From a virus, in the UHGV virus genome UHGV-0214218: a DNA stretch of 43,834 nucleotides; one strand, written 5' to 3'. Within the stretch, counting starts at the first letter, position 1. Every line of letters starts with the position of its first letter. The notes under the pieces were generated by a model. That model had not been told where the DNA came from. It searched no databases and saw nothing but the letters and a program-made list of their open reading frames with translations. The translations under genes and the position numbers were made by a program. Below, in pieces: positions 28,436-41,488 of the stretch.

Positions 28436-28471
28436 CACCACGTTAGCAGCTAACACAATTCGGAGATCGAA

Positions 28472-29191
28472 ATGGCTATTTGTGCAAATGATAAAGGCGT
28501 TCTGGTCGGTCGCATGACCCGACTGTTCCTTGCTGAAGGGTGCGGTGACGCAGTTCCGGCAGCAGAAGACTGGAAGTATTTAGGCTCAACCACCAGTAAA
28601 GGAGTTGACTACTCGCCGCAGACTACCACGTCGGAAGCTGATACCACTGGCGGTTTTGTCTCCACTCTCGTTACCAGCTCTGATATGACCATCAGTGCAG
28701 AGGTTGAAATCCGCAAGAATGACCCTAGCGATGAATTTGGCTTCCATCGTCTGGTTGAAATTTACACCACTGAACTTAAAGCGCGTCGCCAGCCTTCCTT
28801 GTGGGTGCGCGAGGTGACTGGTGCAACCATCGTTACTGCGTACTGCAACATCACCAGCATCAGCTACGAAGGCGGCACGAACGACATCGTAACTGGCAGC
28901 CTTGAATTCAAGGTTTACGATTCTGACAGTGTCACCGTCGAAAGCCTTGAGCCTCTGAAGTTCACTACCGACCTATCACCAACCGGCACCGCTAGCAGCC
29001 CGTTAACCGTTGCTGTTGAAGGTGGCGTCTCTCCTTACACCTACGTGTGGCGCAAAGATGGCGTAGTTGTCGGCAGCGAATCAGGCGCAACACTGGCAAG
29101 CCCTACCGCTGGTGTGTATACCGTAACTGTCACAGACTCGTCCACTGACCCTGAAATCATCATCAGCACGGCTTGCACTGTATCAGGATAA
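28472..29191 (+). CDS. major tail protein with C-terminal Ig-like domain
   Basis: 239 aa with highly optimised codons. The C-terminal roughly 80 aa have a Big_2-like pattern. A strong terminator follows. Confidence 0.75.
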   Translation: MAICANDKGVLVGRMTRLFLAEGCGDAVPAAEDWKYLGSTTSKGVDYSPQTTTSEADTTGGFVSTLVTSSDMTISAEVEIRKNDPSDEFGFHRLVEIYTTELKARRQPSLWVREVTGATIVTAYCNITSISYEGGTNDIVTGSLEFKVYDSDSVTVESLEPLKFTTDLSPTGTASSPLTVAVEGGVSPYTYVWRKDGVVVGSESGATLASPTAGVYTVTVTDSSTDPEIIISTACTVSG

Positions 29192-29193
29192 AG

Positions 29194-29222
29194 AAAAAGC
29201 CCCGAAAGGGGCTTTGTTTTAT
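29194..29222. terminator. bidirectional terminator (AAGCCCC-GAAA-GGGGCTT followed by TGTTTTATT)
   Basis: GNRA tetraloop hairpin serving both the rightward tail gene and the leftward moron cassette. Confidence 0.8.
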
Positions 29223-29419
29223 TCTTGTGGTGGTTCTGGTGGATTGGCCCAATGGGTAGCTGGAATGCCGTGACAGCGGTCTAATTCACTAACAAAAATC
29301 TTACTGCCAATGTTGTCGATAACTTTACATACCGCAGTTCTAACGACACCACGAAATGCTGTGATAACCATCTCGCCTTCTTCAGGCATCCTATCACTAC
29401 ACTTAATCCACTGGCTCAT
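29219..29419 (-). CDS. DUF551-family protein
   Basis: WIKCSDRMPEEGEMVI...THWANPPEPP matches the DUF551 signature (SERLPE...HWMPLPEPP). Confidence 0.65.
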   Translation of the reverse strand: MSQWIKCSDRMPEEGEMVITAFRGVVRTAVCKVIDNIGSKIFVSELDRCHGIPATHWANPPEPPQE

Positions 29420-29559
29420 ATCACCTTATCCTCATCAAAAATCACACCAATCACACGAAGCAAATCTTTCGCCATGCGTTCCGATTCTTCGTAGTCGTAA
29501 CCTGCATCAACATATAGTTCAGTGTAGAAAATCAGGTCAGCTTTTGTTTGTTCGTTCAT
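29416..29559 (-). CDS. small acidic protein (47 aa)
   Basis: ATGA overlap with the DUF551 gene. AAGG RBS. Confidence 0.35.
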   Translation of the reverse strand: MNEQTKADLIFYTELYVDAGYDYEESERMAKDLLRVIGVIFDEDKVI

Positions 29560-29568
29560 GGGCAAGCC

Positions 29569-29862
29569 TTACATACCTTGCTTTTCACATAAAGCAACAG
29601 CCACATCACGCAATTGCTCTTTGGTCATATCCTTGCGTGCATAAACCATTTCTACGATAGCAATGCCGATTATTTCTGCTGATTCGTTGTTTTTTGCGGA
29701 ACCTTTAACTACCACCTCGGCAAGATTCTTGCTGATACCATTATCGCGAACATCAGCAGTGTTCATGGCGATTTCTCCAATGTTCTTGCACACCTCTGAT
29801 GTTGCTACAGCAGAGAAAGAAGAAACCAATAGTGCAGATGCAATCAAAATTTTAATTTTCAT
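29569..29862 (-). CDS. secreted (Sec signal, signal peptidase I site AVA-TSE) small protein, moron
   Basis: MKIKILIASALLVSSFSAVA signal peptide without a lipobox. AT-rich relative to neighbours. Opposite strand inside the tail module. Confidence 0.55.
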   Translation of the reverse strand: MKIKILIASALLVSSFSAVATSEVCKNIGEIAMNTADVRDNGISKNLAEVVVKGSAKNNESAEIIGIAIVEMVYARKDMTKEQLRDVAVALCEKQGM

Positions 29863-29937
29863 AACTCACCTCATTTATATCTCGTTTCGATGACTTGAAT
29901 CTACATCACCACCTAGCAGGTGTCAACACCACTGAGA

Positions 29938-29946
29938 TGATATAAT
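29938..29946 (+). promoter_or_regulatory. extended -10 TGATATAAT with AATCTACATCAC at about -40, promoter of the tail chaperone/tape-measure operon
   Basis: GAGATGATATAATCAAC with the AATCTACATCAC motif at 29898-29909. Confidence 0.5.
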
Positions 29947-29966
29947 CAACATCAGTCAAATTCAGG

Positions 29967-30713
29967 ATGCAAAACATGAGCAATCGCACGCCACTAACAG
30001 AAATCGGAGAGATGCGCATCTCGCTTTCCGACAGGAGTTTTTTCTTTAAGCCATCATTCCGCGCCATGAATGAAATCGGCACACCAAAAGAAATCGTCGA
30101 GGTGTACGCTAAGCTCAATGGCATTGATTATGTTGCGCCATTGCAGCACGTCGAATACCTGCCATTTGGCGCACAGATGCAGGTTATGAAAACCATCAGC
30201 AAGCCTGTGTATGGTCGCCATGTGCTGAGCGCGGCCTATATTGTCATGCAGTCATGCTGTGAAGATGATGTTTCCGTGCTGATTGGTGGATGGAAGCCAA
30301 CGCCGCGCGGCGTGCGATATGTGCCGGGAGTAATGCCAATTGGCGGCACTGGTCATTTGCCAGGTGGAACAGGTGGCATTATTGAGATTGCCCGCTCATT
30401 AATGGAGCACGGCATCATCGGCAAGTCACCACTCAAAGTGCCTGAGCGTCTGGAAGAGCAGGGCAAGAAAACCACAAATGAGTTTCATGCGTCGCAATAC
30501 ATCATCTCGGCGCGCACGCATTTCGACATGACGCGCGATGAGGCAGAAAACCTATCTATGACAGAGTTTCAGATGATGATTAAGAATAAATATCCAGAGC
30601 CGAAAGGGTTAACGAAAGAAGAGCGCGCGGCAGAGTACGATCAGGCTAAAGCAGACCGTGAGCGCATGAAGGCACTGGCTGAACGCAAAGCGAAAAAAGC
30701 GAGGAATACATAA
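29967..30713 (+). CDS. tail assembly chaperone (single 248-aa ORF preceding the tape measure)
   Basis: Its position immediately upstream of the tape measure gene. No separate -1 frame T-like ORF is present. The likely start is ATG 29976. Confidence 0.45.
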   Translation: MQNMSNRTPLTEIGEMRISLSDRSFFFKPSFRAMNEIGTPKEIVEVYAKLNGIDYVAPLQHVEYLPFGAQMQVMKTISKPVYGRHVLSAAYIVMQSCCEDDVSVLIGGWKPTPRGVRYVPGVMPIGGTGHLPGGTGGIIEIARSLMEHGIIGKSPLKVPERLEEQGKKTTNEFHASQYIISARTHFDMTRDEAENLSMTEFQMMIKNKYPEPKGLTKEERAAEYDQAKADRERMKALAERKAKKARNT

Positions 30714-33162
30714 TGGCTGAAGAAGTCGGCGGAATTGTCTATGAAGTCGGGATGGATGTATCCGGACTGACTACTGGTGGACAAAAGGTAAACAAGGTTC
30801 TTCAGGAGATTGAGAAGTCAATTGATGAGTCAATTGCCGGGATAAATAAACTTGATACCGGATTAAAAAACACCGCATCGACAGCTGAGAAATCTGGCAG
30901 GAGTTTCTCCAGTTTAAATAACGCTATGAGACAGGGCGGCTACCAGATTCAGGACTTTGTAGTTCAGGTACAGAGCGGACAATCAGCACTTGTTGCTTTA
31001 AGTCAGCAAGGTAGCCAGTTATTGAGCGTCTTTGGTTCAGGCGGTGCGGTTGCCGGTGCATTGCTAACCATCGGTACGGTAATCGTTGGCTCATTAATTG
31101 CTGGCATGGATAACGCAGCTGTTTCCACAAAGGCACTGACCGCCGCACAACAGCGTCTTGCCGACATATTCCAGCTTTCTGCTAATGGTGTTGTGGTTCT
31201 CTCTGACAAGTTCGCAACACTGGCTAAGCAGTCAGAAAACGCCGCAAGAGCACAGTTAACAATGGCTCTAATTGATGCAAACAACATCATCAAGGCTTCA
31301 GTACAGGGCGTCAATGAGCTTGGCGACGCACTTGGCTCATGGAAAGCGCCACTATCCGCCGCCATCAGCCAGCTTGACACACTGAAAGCAAGAGGCATTG
31401 ATGTAAACACAGCACTCAAGAATCTTGGCGGGACATATGAGGGTAATATTCTCGGACTAAACCAGCTTAATCAGGTGGTAAAAAGTCTGGCAGATGAGTT
31501 TGGCATAAGCGCCGATGATGCTTTGAAGCTGGTTGAAGCTCTGGCGGCGGTGAGAAAAAACGCCAATCCTGAAACAATAGCAGAATTACGTGACCTGACT
31601 GTTGACCTTAGTCAGAAATATGGATATGCAAACAAGTCGCTATCTGAACTGACTGGCAAGGTTGGCGAATATTCCATTTCAGCAGATCAGGCAGCAGAAT
31701 CTACAAAAATGGCTACCGACATGCTTAACGGTCACAAGGTAGCTTCAGAAGAGGATGCGAGAGCAACTGAAGAAAACACGAAAAGGCTTCAGGCTTACAT
31801 CCAGTCAATCAAGGAAGAAGGTGAAACCATCGCCTTTACCGCCAGGCAAAAGGCTCTGTACAGAGCTGAGCAGCTTGGAGCAAGCGATGCAGATAAGCAA
31901 ACAATCAACTCGTCGTTCGACAAAATAGAGGCTTACAAGGCTGAACTTGCCGCAAAGAAAGAGCAGGAAAGGCAAGATAAAAAACGCATAACTGCATCAA
32001 CAAAACAGGCCAATCTTGAAGAGTCTGTAGCGCAGAAGCTGGAAAAATTACGCCAGCAAACCATGCTCAATGCCACATCTACCAGCGAACTATCACGCGA
32101 GCAAGCAATTCTCAACGCGCAACAATCGCTTGGCAAGGCGGCAACTCAGGAGCAGATAAAACTGGCTGGTGAGTATGCTGCGAAGATTTGGGAACAGAAG
32201 AATGCATTGAAGGAACAGGCGGCGGCGGAGAAGAAAAGAATAGATGCCGTAAAAGGATACAGCGCACTAAAATCGCAAACCTCACCAATGTTTGCTGTAG
32301 AAACATCCTATCAGAAGGATATGGCTGACCTTGAAGCATACGCCGCAGCATATCCACAAAAAATCACGGAGATTGAGCAGACTCGCGCAGCAATTGAAGC
32401 GCAATACCGCCAACAGCGACTTGAAGCAATGTGGCAGGAGTGGAGTCAGCAAAACGCAGCCACACAAGCGGCGGCAGCGGCGTTTGATGCTTTCGGGCAG
32501 ACGGCTGGTAATGCTTTAACTGGCATCCTTACTGGCTCAATGTCTGTATCAGAGGCGTTGCGATCAATTGGTTCAAATATTCTGTCGAGCGTTATCAATG
32601 CGTTTGTGCAAATGGGCATAGATTGGGCCAAATCAGCCATCATGGGTGCTGCAGGAATGACAGCAGCCTCAGGCATGGCAGCGGCTCAGGCGCAAATTAT
32701 TGCAGCGGCTATGGCACCAGCAGCGGCAATGACCTCACTTGCTACAGCTGGGGCCAACGCGATGCCAGCGCAGGCTGGCATTGCTTCAACCGTTGGTCTT
32801 GCAAAGACATTATCCATTGCTGGCGCACTGAAAAACGGCGGCCCAGCACAGGCTGGTTCAATGTATCAAGTAGGCGAGAACAACCTCCCTGAGATATTCC
32901 AGGCATCAAACGGTCATCAGTACATGATACCGGGCGATAGTGGTCGTGTCATCAGCAATAAAGACCTGACAGGCGGCAGCAGTGGCGTTGTAGTTTATAA
33001 TAGCATTATCAATAACAGCTCAGCTCAGGTTAGCAGCAGCGCCAGAGATAACGGTGACGGAAGCGTGACAATTGAGACGATTGTGAGTGATATCGAAAAC
33101 AACGGTCCTATCGGGCAAAGCATTGGAAGAAACTACTCAGCAAGCCGGAGGGCAACTGAATA

Positions 33163-33163
<1 letters not shown>
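30713..33163 (+). CDS. tail tape measure protein
   Basis: 816 aa, a long coiled-coil/Ala-Gln-rich protein with an A/G/M-rich C-terminal hydrophobic region. ATGA coupling on both sides. Confidence 0.9.
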
Positions 33164-36961
<3,798 letters not shown>

Positions 36962-36964
<3 letters not shown>

Positions 36965-36970
36965 TACAAT
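36962..36970 (+). promoter_or_regulatory. extended -10 TGATACAAT upstream of the tail fibre gene
   Basis: CGTGATACAAT overlaps the stop of the J-like gene. AAAGGAG RBS and the ATG at 37004 follow. Confidence 0.4.
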
Positions 36971-37003
36971 ATACATCAAATTCACAAAGGAGCATTTATT
37001 ATA

Positions 37004-38839
37004 ATGGCTACCACCCCAACTAATAAACCAATTCCGTCAGAAGACCCTCGCGACCTTAAATTTAATGCTGGGAAAATTGACGAGGTAGTGACATCTGAAT
37101 CGCATTACTATACCGATCGTTTCGGTGTGCGCCGCTGGACTATTGCTGGATTCCAATACACCGCAGAAGAAGCGATTCGCAACTATGGCTATATCACAAT
37201 GGATAGCTTCGAAGATGGGGCGACACTGACACTACCAAATCAGGTTTTGCGATATGAGGCTACTGGCGAATATTACCGCTGGGATGGCGATCTGCCAAAA
37301 ACAGTGCCTGCTGGTTCAACTCCAGATAGTACTGGCGGTGTTAAATTAGGAGCATGGGTTAGTGTTGGTGATGCATCACTGCGTCAGCAACTCTCTAGTA
37401 AACTAGGGTCGCTGATGGTAGGTTTTTCTCGCGTTGATGATGTTCCTCGCACTGTAGGAGATAAGCTAAAAGACGTCCCAACAGCCAATGACTATATGCT
37501 ACCGTCTGAGACGAATCTAACACTCGCAATTAACCGTGCTGCTGCTGACGGTGTCAAATCACTGTTCGTGACGAGCGACCGCTCCTACAACATATCGTCG
37601 ATTATGGAACTACCTGACGATTTCGAGCTGCTTGGTTATGGCCGCCCGTCTGTCGTTTGCGCGGACATTGCCAGCATTATCAGGATGAATTCTCGGACGA
37701 CCGTTTCTGGGCTCAAGTTTACTGGCTTATCACCTGCCGTCCTTTCTCCGCACAACGGAGCTGTGGATGTTTGTATATCTGGTAACTTTTTCACTGGGCA
37801 AAACCAAATTGTGCTATTGCTGACATGTTCAGATGTGACCGTGGCCAACAATGTGTTTGATGGTACAGGGTACGGTATTATACAGCAGGCTGGATATGCT
37901 AGTAATAATGTTCGCGTAGTTAGTAATAACGCCAGAAATATGAAATTTGACTTTGTTGAAGCTAACTCTGCATCTATTGGCACCAGATCGTGGCAGATTT
38001 TGTCTAATATATACGACGGGGCTGATAACTGGAACTCTCTAGCTACGGAACAAAGATTCGTTGGAATCACTGAGCTTGAAGACGTCACCATCTCAAACAA
38101 CTTAGTTCGAAGGACTGCTGGCGATAGCGCGATCCATCTTGAAGATTTGCTTGGTCGTACAACTATATCTGATAACTTTTTTGTTGATTCTTTTGCTGGT
38201 GAAGGTTGCATATACAACCTTTCATCTGACGATGATATGCTGGTGTGTGGGAATTGGTTTGTTATGACTGACGACTACACCGGAGTTAACACTACAGCAA
38301 TACGTACAGATTCTAGAGAATACACACATCGATGCAAAATAAGCTCTAATATATTTTTCGATGCGACTTCTATTGGTAAAAAGCTCAGACCTGTCTTTCT
38401 TGCATATGGTGGGACGTTCGATTACGAAGACAATCTATGTGTAAACACTTTCGATATTGCTAGGTTTGCCTCCATTAACACACCCCGGTTCTCCAGAAAC
38501 AGAGGCGTTGGTCAGCTCCAGCGCGGGATATGGGCGGATGTCGGTTCAACAGGAACCTCCGGGTCTGGAGCTATCTATGACGGAAATATAATACCATCCC
38601 TGGTAGAGACTGATTACGGCATCCGAGCAACTACGAACTCCCAGGGTACTGGCGGACCTAAACGTCATGTTGCATACAATAACCATATCGGGGGGGATAT
38701 TAGGTTAGAAGATCCTAATGGGAATCCAGGTCAAACAGCTGAAAATGCAGCGTGGGGTAACAGGGTTACAGGGGAGATAGTTGTCACCAATCGGATAACC
38801 GCTGACTCATTTGGTAATTACAGTGTCACTGCGATTTAA
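37004..38839 (+). CDS. tail fibre / tailspike with right-handed parallel beta-helix (pectate-lyase-like) domain
   Basis: 611 aa. The N-terminal roughly 150 aa form an adaptor-like region. Repeated beta-helix rungs (ISNNLVRRTAGDSAIHLE, CGNWFVMTDD). A strong terminator follows. Confidence 0.65.
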   Translation: MATTPTNKPIPSEDPRDLKFNAGKIDEVVTSESHYYTDRFGVRRWTIAGFQYTAEEAIRNYGYITMDSFEDGATLTLPNQVLRYEATGEYYRWDGDLPKTVPAGSTPDSTGGVKLGAWVSVGDASLRQQLSSKLGSLMVGFSRVDDVPRTVGDKLKDVPTANDYMLPSETNLTLAINRAAADGVKSLFVTSDRSYNISSIMELPDDFELLGYGRPSVVCADIASIIRMNSRTTVSGLKFTGLSPAVLSPHNGAVDVCISGNFFTGQNQIVLLLTCSDVTVANNVFDGTGYGIIQQAGYASNNVRVVSNNARNMKFDFVEANSASIGTRSWQILSNIYDGADNWNSLATEQRFVGITELEDVTISNNLVRRTAGDSAIHLEDLLGRTTISDNFFVDSFAGEGCIYNLSSDDDMLVCGNWFVMTDDYTGVNTTAIRTDSREYTHRCKISSNIFFDATSIGKKLRPVFLAYGGTFDYEDNLCVNTFDIARFASINTPRFSRNRGVGQLQRGIWADVGSTGTSGSGAIYDGNIIPSLVETDYGIRATTNSQGTGGPKRHVAYNNHIGGDIRLEDPNGNPGQTAENAAWGNRVTGEIVVTNRITADSFGNYSVTAI

Positions 38840-38844
38840 AATAT

Positions 38845-38876
38845 AAGCCCCTCAATCGAGGGGCTTTTTCGTTTTG
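38845..38876 (+). terminator. rho-independent terminator (AGCCCCTC-AATC-GAGGGGCT followed by TTTTCGTTTTG)
   Basis: 8-bp GC stem followed by a T-run. Confidence 0.8.
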
Positions 38877-39021
38877 CAGTATTCCATCAGCTTTACCTTC
38901 AACACAAACACCTCCTGCTGCCGGGAGACATCGTGGTATTTCCCTGGTCTATGACGTCAACTACGACTACTGGTGTGTTGTTGGCATGTCTACATCTGAC
39001 GAGTTGAGTGCTTAATCACGA

Positions 39022-39050
39022 AAAACCCCGCTTCTGCGGGGTTAGTTTTA
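39022..39050. terminator. bidirectional terminator (AACCCCGC-TTCT-GCGGGGTT) ending the leftward helicase/nuclease operon
   Basis: A5 upstream and TTAGTTTTA downstream. Lies 3 nt from the TGA that closes the SSB-tail-like extension. Confidence 0.75.
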
Positions 39051-39056
39051 TCATCA

Positions 39057-39170
39057 GAATGGTATTGAATCATCAAAGTCCATCGGCGGCTCACCTCCTC
39101 CTTGTGGGCTTTGTTGTTTTGGTGGCTGTTGTTGTCTTTGTGACTGCTGGCCTGATTGCTGGCGTGGTTG
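39057..39170 (-). other. 38-codon in-frame extension downstream of the VRR-NUC TAG stop: QPRQQSGQQSQRQQQPPKQQSPQGGGEPPMDFDDSIPF (SSB C-terminal linker plus acidic tip mimic), terminated by TGA at 39054-39056
   Basis: Triplet-by-triplet translation of the - strand in the frame of the VRR-NUC gene. There is no stop between the TAG (complement of 39171-39173) and the TGA (complement of 39054-39056). Confidence 0.5.
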
Positions 39171-39638
39171 CTAAAAACCATCAAATATCAATGGCTCTGA
39201 TGGTTTTTTATAGTTTGGGTAATTTATTGCTCTCCAGTCGTTAAATGCCATCATTGCAGCTTCCCAACCAAGGCATACACACGCGAAGGAACCTAATTCT
39301 TTTGCCGCCTTTAGGTATGCCATTTGACCGGGCTGCCATTTTGATAAAGTATGATCCATTCTTTTCATCTCCATAACGAATGATTGCTTTCCTATGATGA
39401 TGATGTCTGACGCCCCGAAGTTTAGCGCGCCTTTTTTCTTCAGGTTTTCAACTTCATACCCTTTACGCTTTCCTTCATTTGGCACATGAATCATAACTCT
39501 TGCAAAGTCAGGATATAGCTTCCTTATCTGATTAACAAAAGTCTCCAGGTCAGCATCTTCTGACGGGCACTTTTTGTTTCTGTAATCTAAATCACCATAT
39601 ACCTTAACGCCTTCTGGAAAAATCATAATACCCCCCAA
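39171..39638 (-). CDS. VRR-NUC domain nuclease
   Basis: Motif pattern IHVPNEGKRKG...GASDIIIIG...VMEMKRMD...SKWQPGQ (PD-(D/E)xK type, VRR-NUC family). Confidence 0.8.
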   Translation of the reverse strand: MGGIMIFPEGVKVYGDLDYRNKKCPSEDADLETFVNQIRKLYPDFARVMIHVPNEGKRKGYEVENLKKKGALNFGASDIIIIGKQSFVMEMKRMDHTLSKWQPGQMAYLKAAKELGSFACVCLGWEAAMMAFNDWRAINYPNYKKPSEPLIFDGF

Positions 39639-41488
39639 TACATGCCTTTAACGTTGAAATATTTACTTCCTTTATCTCTTCTGAACATGATCACTGATGG
39701 CGCGACAGCCTCATCTCTTCTTGCTATTGCATCCTCAATTGACATGTCAGATTCACCAAAGCACTTCCCGCAAAACTCTTCCCACTCCTTCTTCATCCAT
39801 TCCTTTTCAGAGTTTGGATTGTAGAACTTGCTAACAAAAAATGGCTTCTGGTCAATAGCAAATTTTACGTGCACCAAATCTTCACCACTTGAAACGTAAT
39901 GCTTCATGATGCTCATCATGGTTACGCTTGATTGCTTTGTTGCATAAGGAGAAGAATCAAGCCTGTCAGCTTCTTCCTTTAGCTTTTGGTTTGGGTCAAT
40001 GATTTCAGCTCCGCAGGATGTGCAGTTTCTTGCCGCTATATCATTTTCAAACCCACAATCAGGACACTCTTTTACCGACCATTTATAAGTACATCTGTGT
40101 ATTTCCCTTAGTGGACCTTGCATAACGTAGTTTTTACATCTTCTGCCAAAATGAGCAGGCATAGGTTTGCTTCCAATTTTTTCACCTGACTTATCAAAAA
40201 TATCAATCATCACCCTGTCACCAGCCAAATCAAGCCAGTAGCCTTCTTTGTCAACTTCCAGATTTTCCGGATTTGGGCGCACGCCAAATTCATTGATAAA
40301 ACCACACAACGGGCATTTTACATCCATTGGTACTGATGGTTTTTTCCTTGTTGCTTTTATTTCTGGAGTGAACAAGTCACCAGTCTCAGAAAAGTGGCGC
40401 TGAATGTTGCCTGCATAATCGCTGACAAGAAAGTCTTCCTTTCCTTCATAAAGACGCGTCCCCCTACCAATTATTTGCTGGTAGAGTCTTGGTGATTCTG
40501 TAGCTCTCATTACTGCTATGTGATCACAATGCGGAACATCAACCCCTACAGTAAGGATATTTTGGTTAACGATGTATTTAACTTTTTGTGCCTTGAAGTC
40601 TGATATTGCCTTGTTGCGATCTGCTGTTGGCATATCACCAAAAACATAACTATAAGAACCGGGAGGAAGTGACTCCATTATCTCCATAGCGTGTTTCTTT
40701 GTGCTGGCAAAAATCATCGTTCCGCGCCGATTAACAGAGCGACGGATAATATCTTCAACAATGCGTGATGTTTTCCTTCCCTTTCCAACCATCGCCTTTT
40801 CAACTGAAGCTGTCGTGTACCGACCTAACTTATCCTTTTCAAGACAAGACGTATCATACTCGTCAAAAACAGGCTCTGTTACTGGAGGCGTAAGGTATCC
40901 GTTTTCGATGAGAAATTTAGCTTCAAGCTCATAAACGACTTTGTCGTAATATGGGTCTATGGCTGTTTCTTCATCTGTAGGACCGTCGAGGTAGTGATCT
41001 TTGTAGATGTATCCAGTTCCAAGTCGGTAAGGCGTAGCGGTCATTCCAATAACGCGCAGTTTTGGATTGCGACGCTTCATCTCATTAATAATAAATTTAA
41101 TGGTTGGCGTTATTCCATCACATTCATCAATAATGACAGCGCCATACTTATCACCAAACATCTCTATTGAGTTCTTTATGGTTACTGGTGAACCAAATAC
41201 TACAGGATGACGCAGGTTCTTTGGTCCAGCCTTTGCACTGAACATGCTGGCTGGTTCTCCTGTAAGAAGATATTTAGCGCGATTTTGTGTGACGAGTTCA
41301 GCTGTCGGAGCAATGCACAAAACTCGCTTTTTGCTCATACCATAAATACGAGATGCAAGTTCTGCTACAACCATAGATTTTCCTGCACCTGTAGGGAGGA
41401 TGATAACGCATGATGAGATGGTGCTGCGAATGTGTGCCATAGCTGAATCAACAGCTTCCTGTTGGTATGGCCTTAGTGTGTATTTCAT
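39623..41488 (-). CDS. SF2 DEAD/DEAH-box DNA helicase with C-terminal zinc-ribbon region
   Basis: Walker A PTGAGKS and DECD box (AVIIDECDG). The C-terminal third has CPLCG, CPDCG and CTSCG pairs. Confidence 0.85.
   Translation of the reverse strand: MKYTLRPYQQEAVDSAMAHIRSTISSCVIILPTGAGKSMVVAELASRIYGMSKKRVLCIAPTAELVTQNRAKYLLTGEPASMFSAKAGPKNLRHPVVFGSPVTIKNSIEMFGDKYGAVIIDECDGITPTIKFIINEMKRRNPKLRVIGMTATPYRLGTGYIYKDHYLDGPTDEETAIDPYYDKVVYELEAKFLIENGYLTPPVTEPVFDEYDTSCLEKDKLGRYTTASVEKAMVGKGRKTSRIVEDIIRRSVNRRGTMIFASTKKHAMEIMESLPPGSYSYVFGDMPTADRNKAISDFKAQKVKYIVNQNILTVGVDVPHCDHIAVMRATESPRLYQQIIGRGTRLYEGKEDFLVSDYAGNIQRHFSETGDLFTPEIKATRKKPSVPMDVKCPLCGFINEFGVRPNPENLEVDKEGYWLDLAGDRVMIDIFDKSGEKIGSKPMPAHFGRRCKNYVMQGPLREIHRCTYKWSVKECPDCGFENDIAARNCTSCGAEIIDPNQKLKEEADRLDSSPYATKQSSVTMMSIMKHYVSSGEDLVHVKFAIDQKPFFVSKFYNPNSEKEWMKKEWEEFCGKCFGESDMSIEDAIARRDEAVAPSVIMFRRDKGSKYFNVKGMYWGVL

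Noticed and set aside
30692-30699. A6 run at the chaperone/tape-measure junction where a -1 slip would enter the tape measure frame
   Set aside because: The slip would fuse the whole chaperone to the whole tape measure, which is not the G/GT architecture. No separate T-like ORF exists. It is most likely a coincidental homopolymer.
38990-39184. 64-aa minus-strand track ORF (MMVFSNHASNQ...) across the region downstream of the VRR-NUC gene
   Set aside because: Low-complexity translation in a different frame from the meaningful in-frame SSB-tail-like extension. It spans a terminator hairpin.
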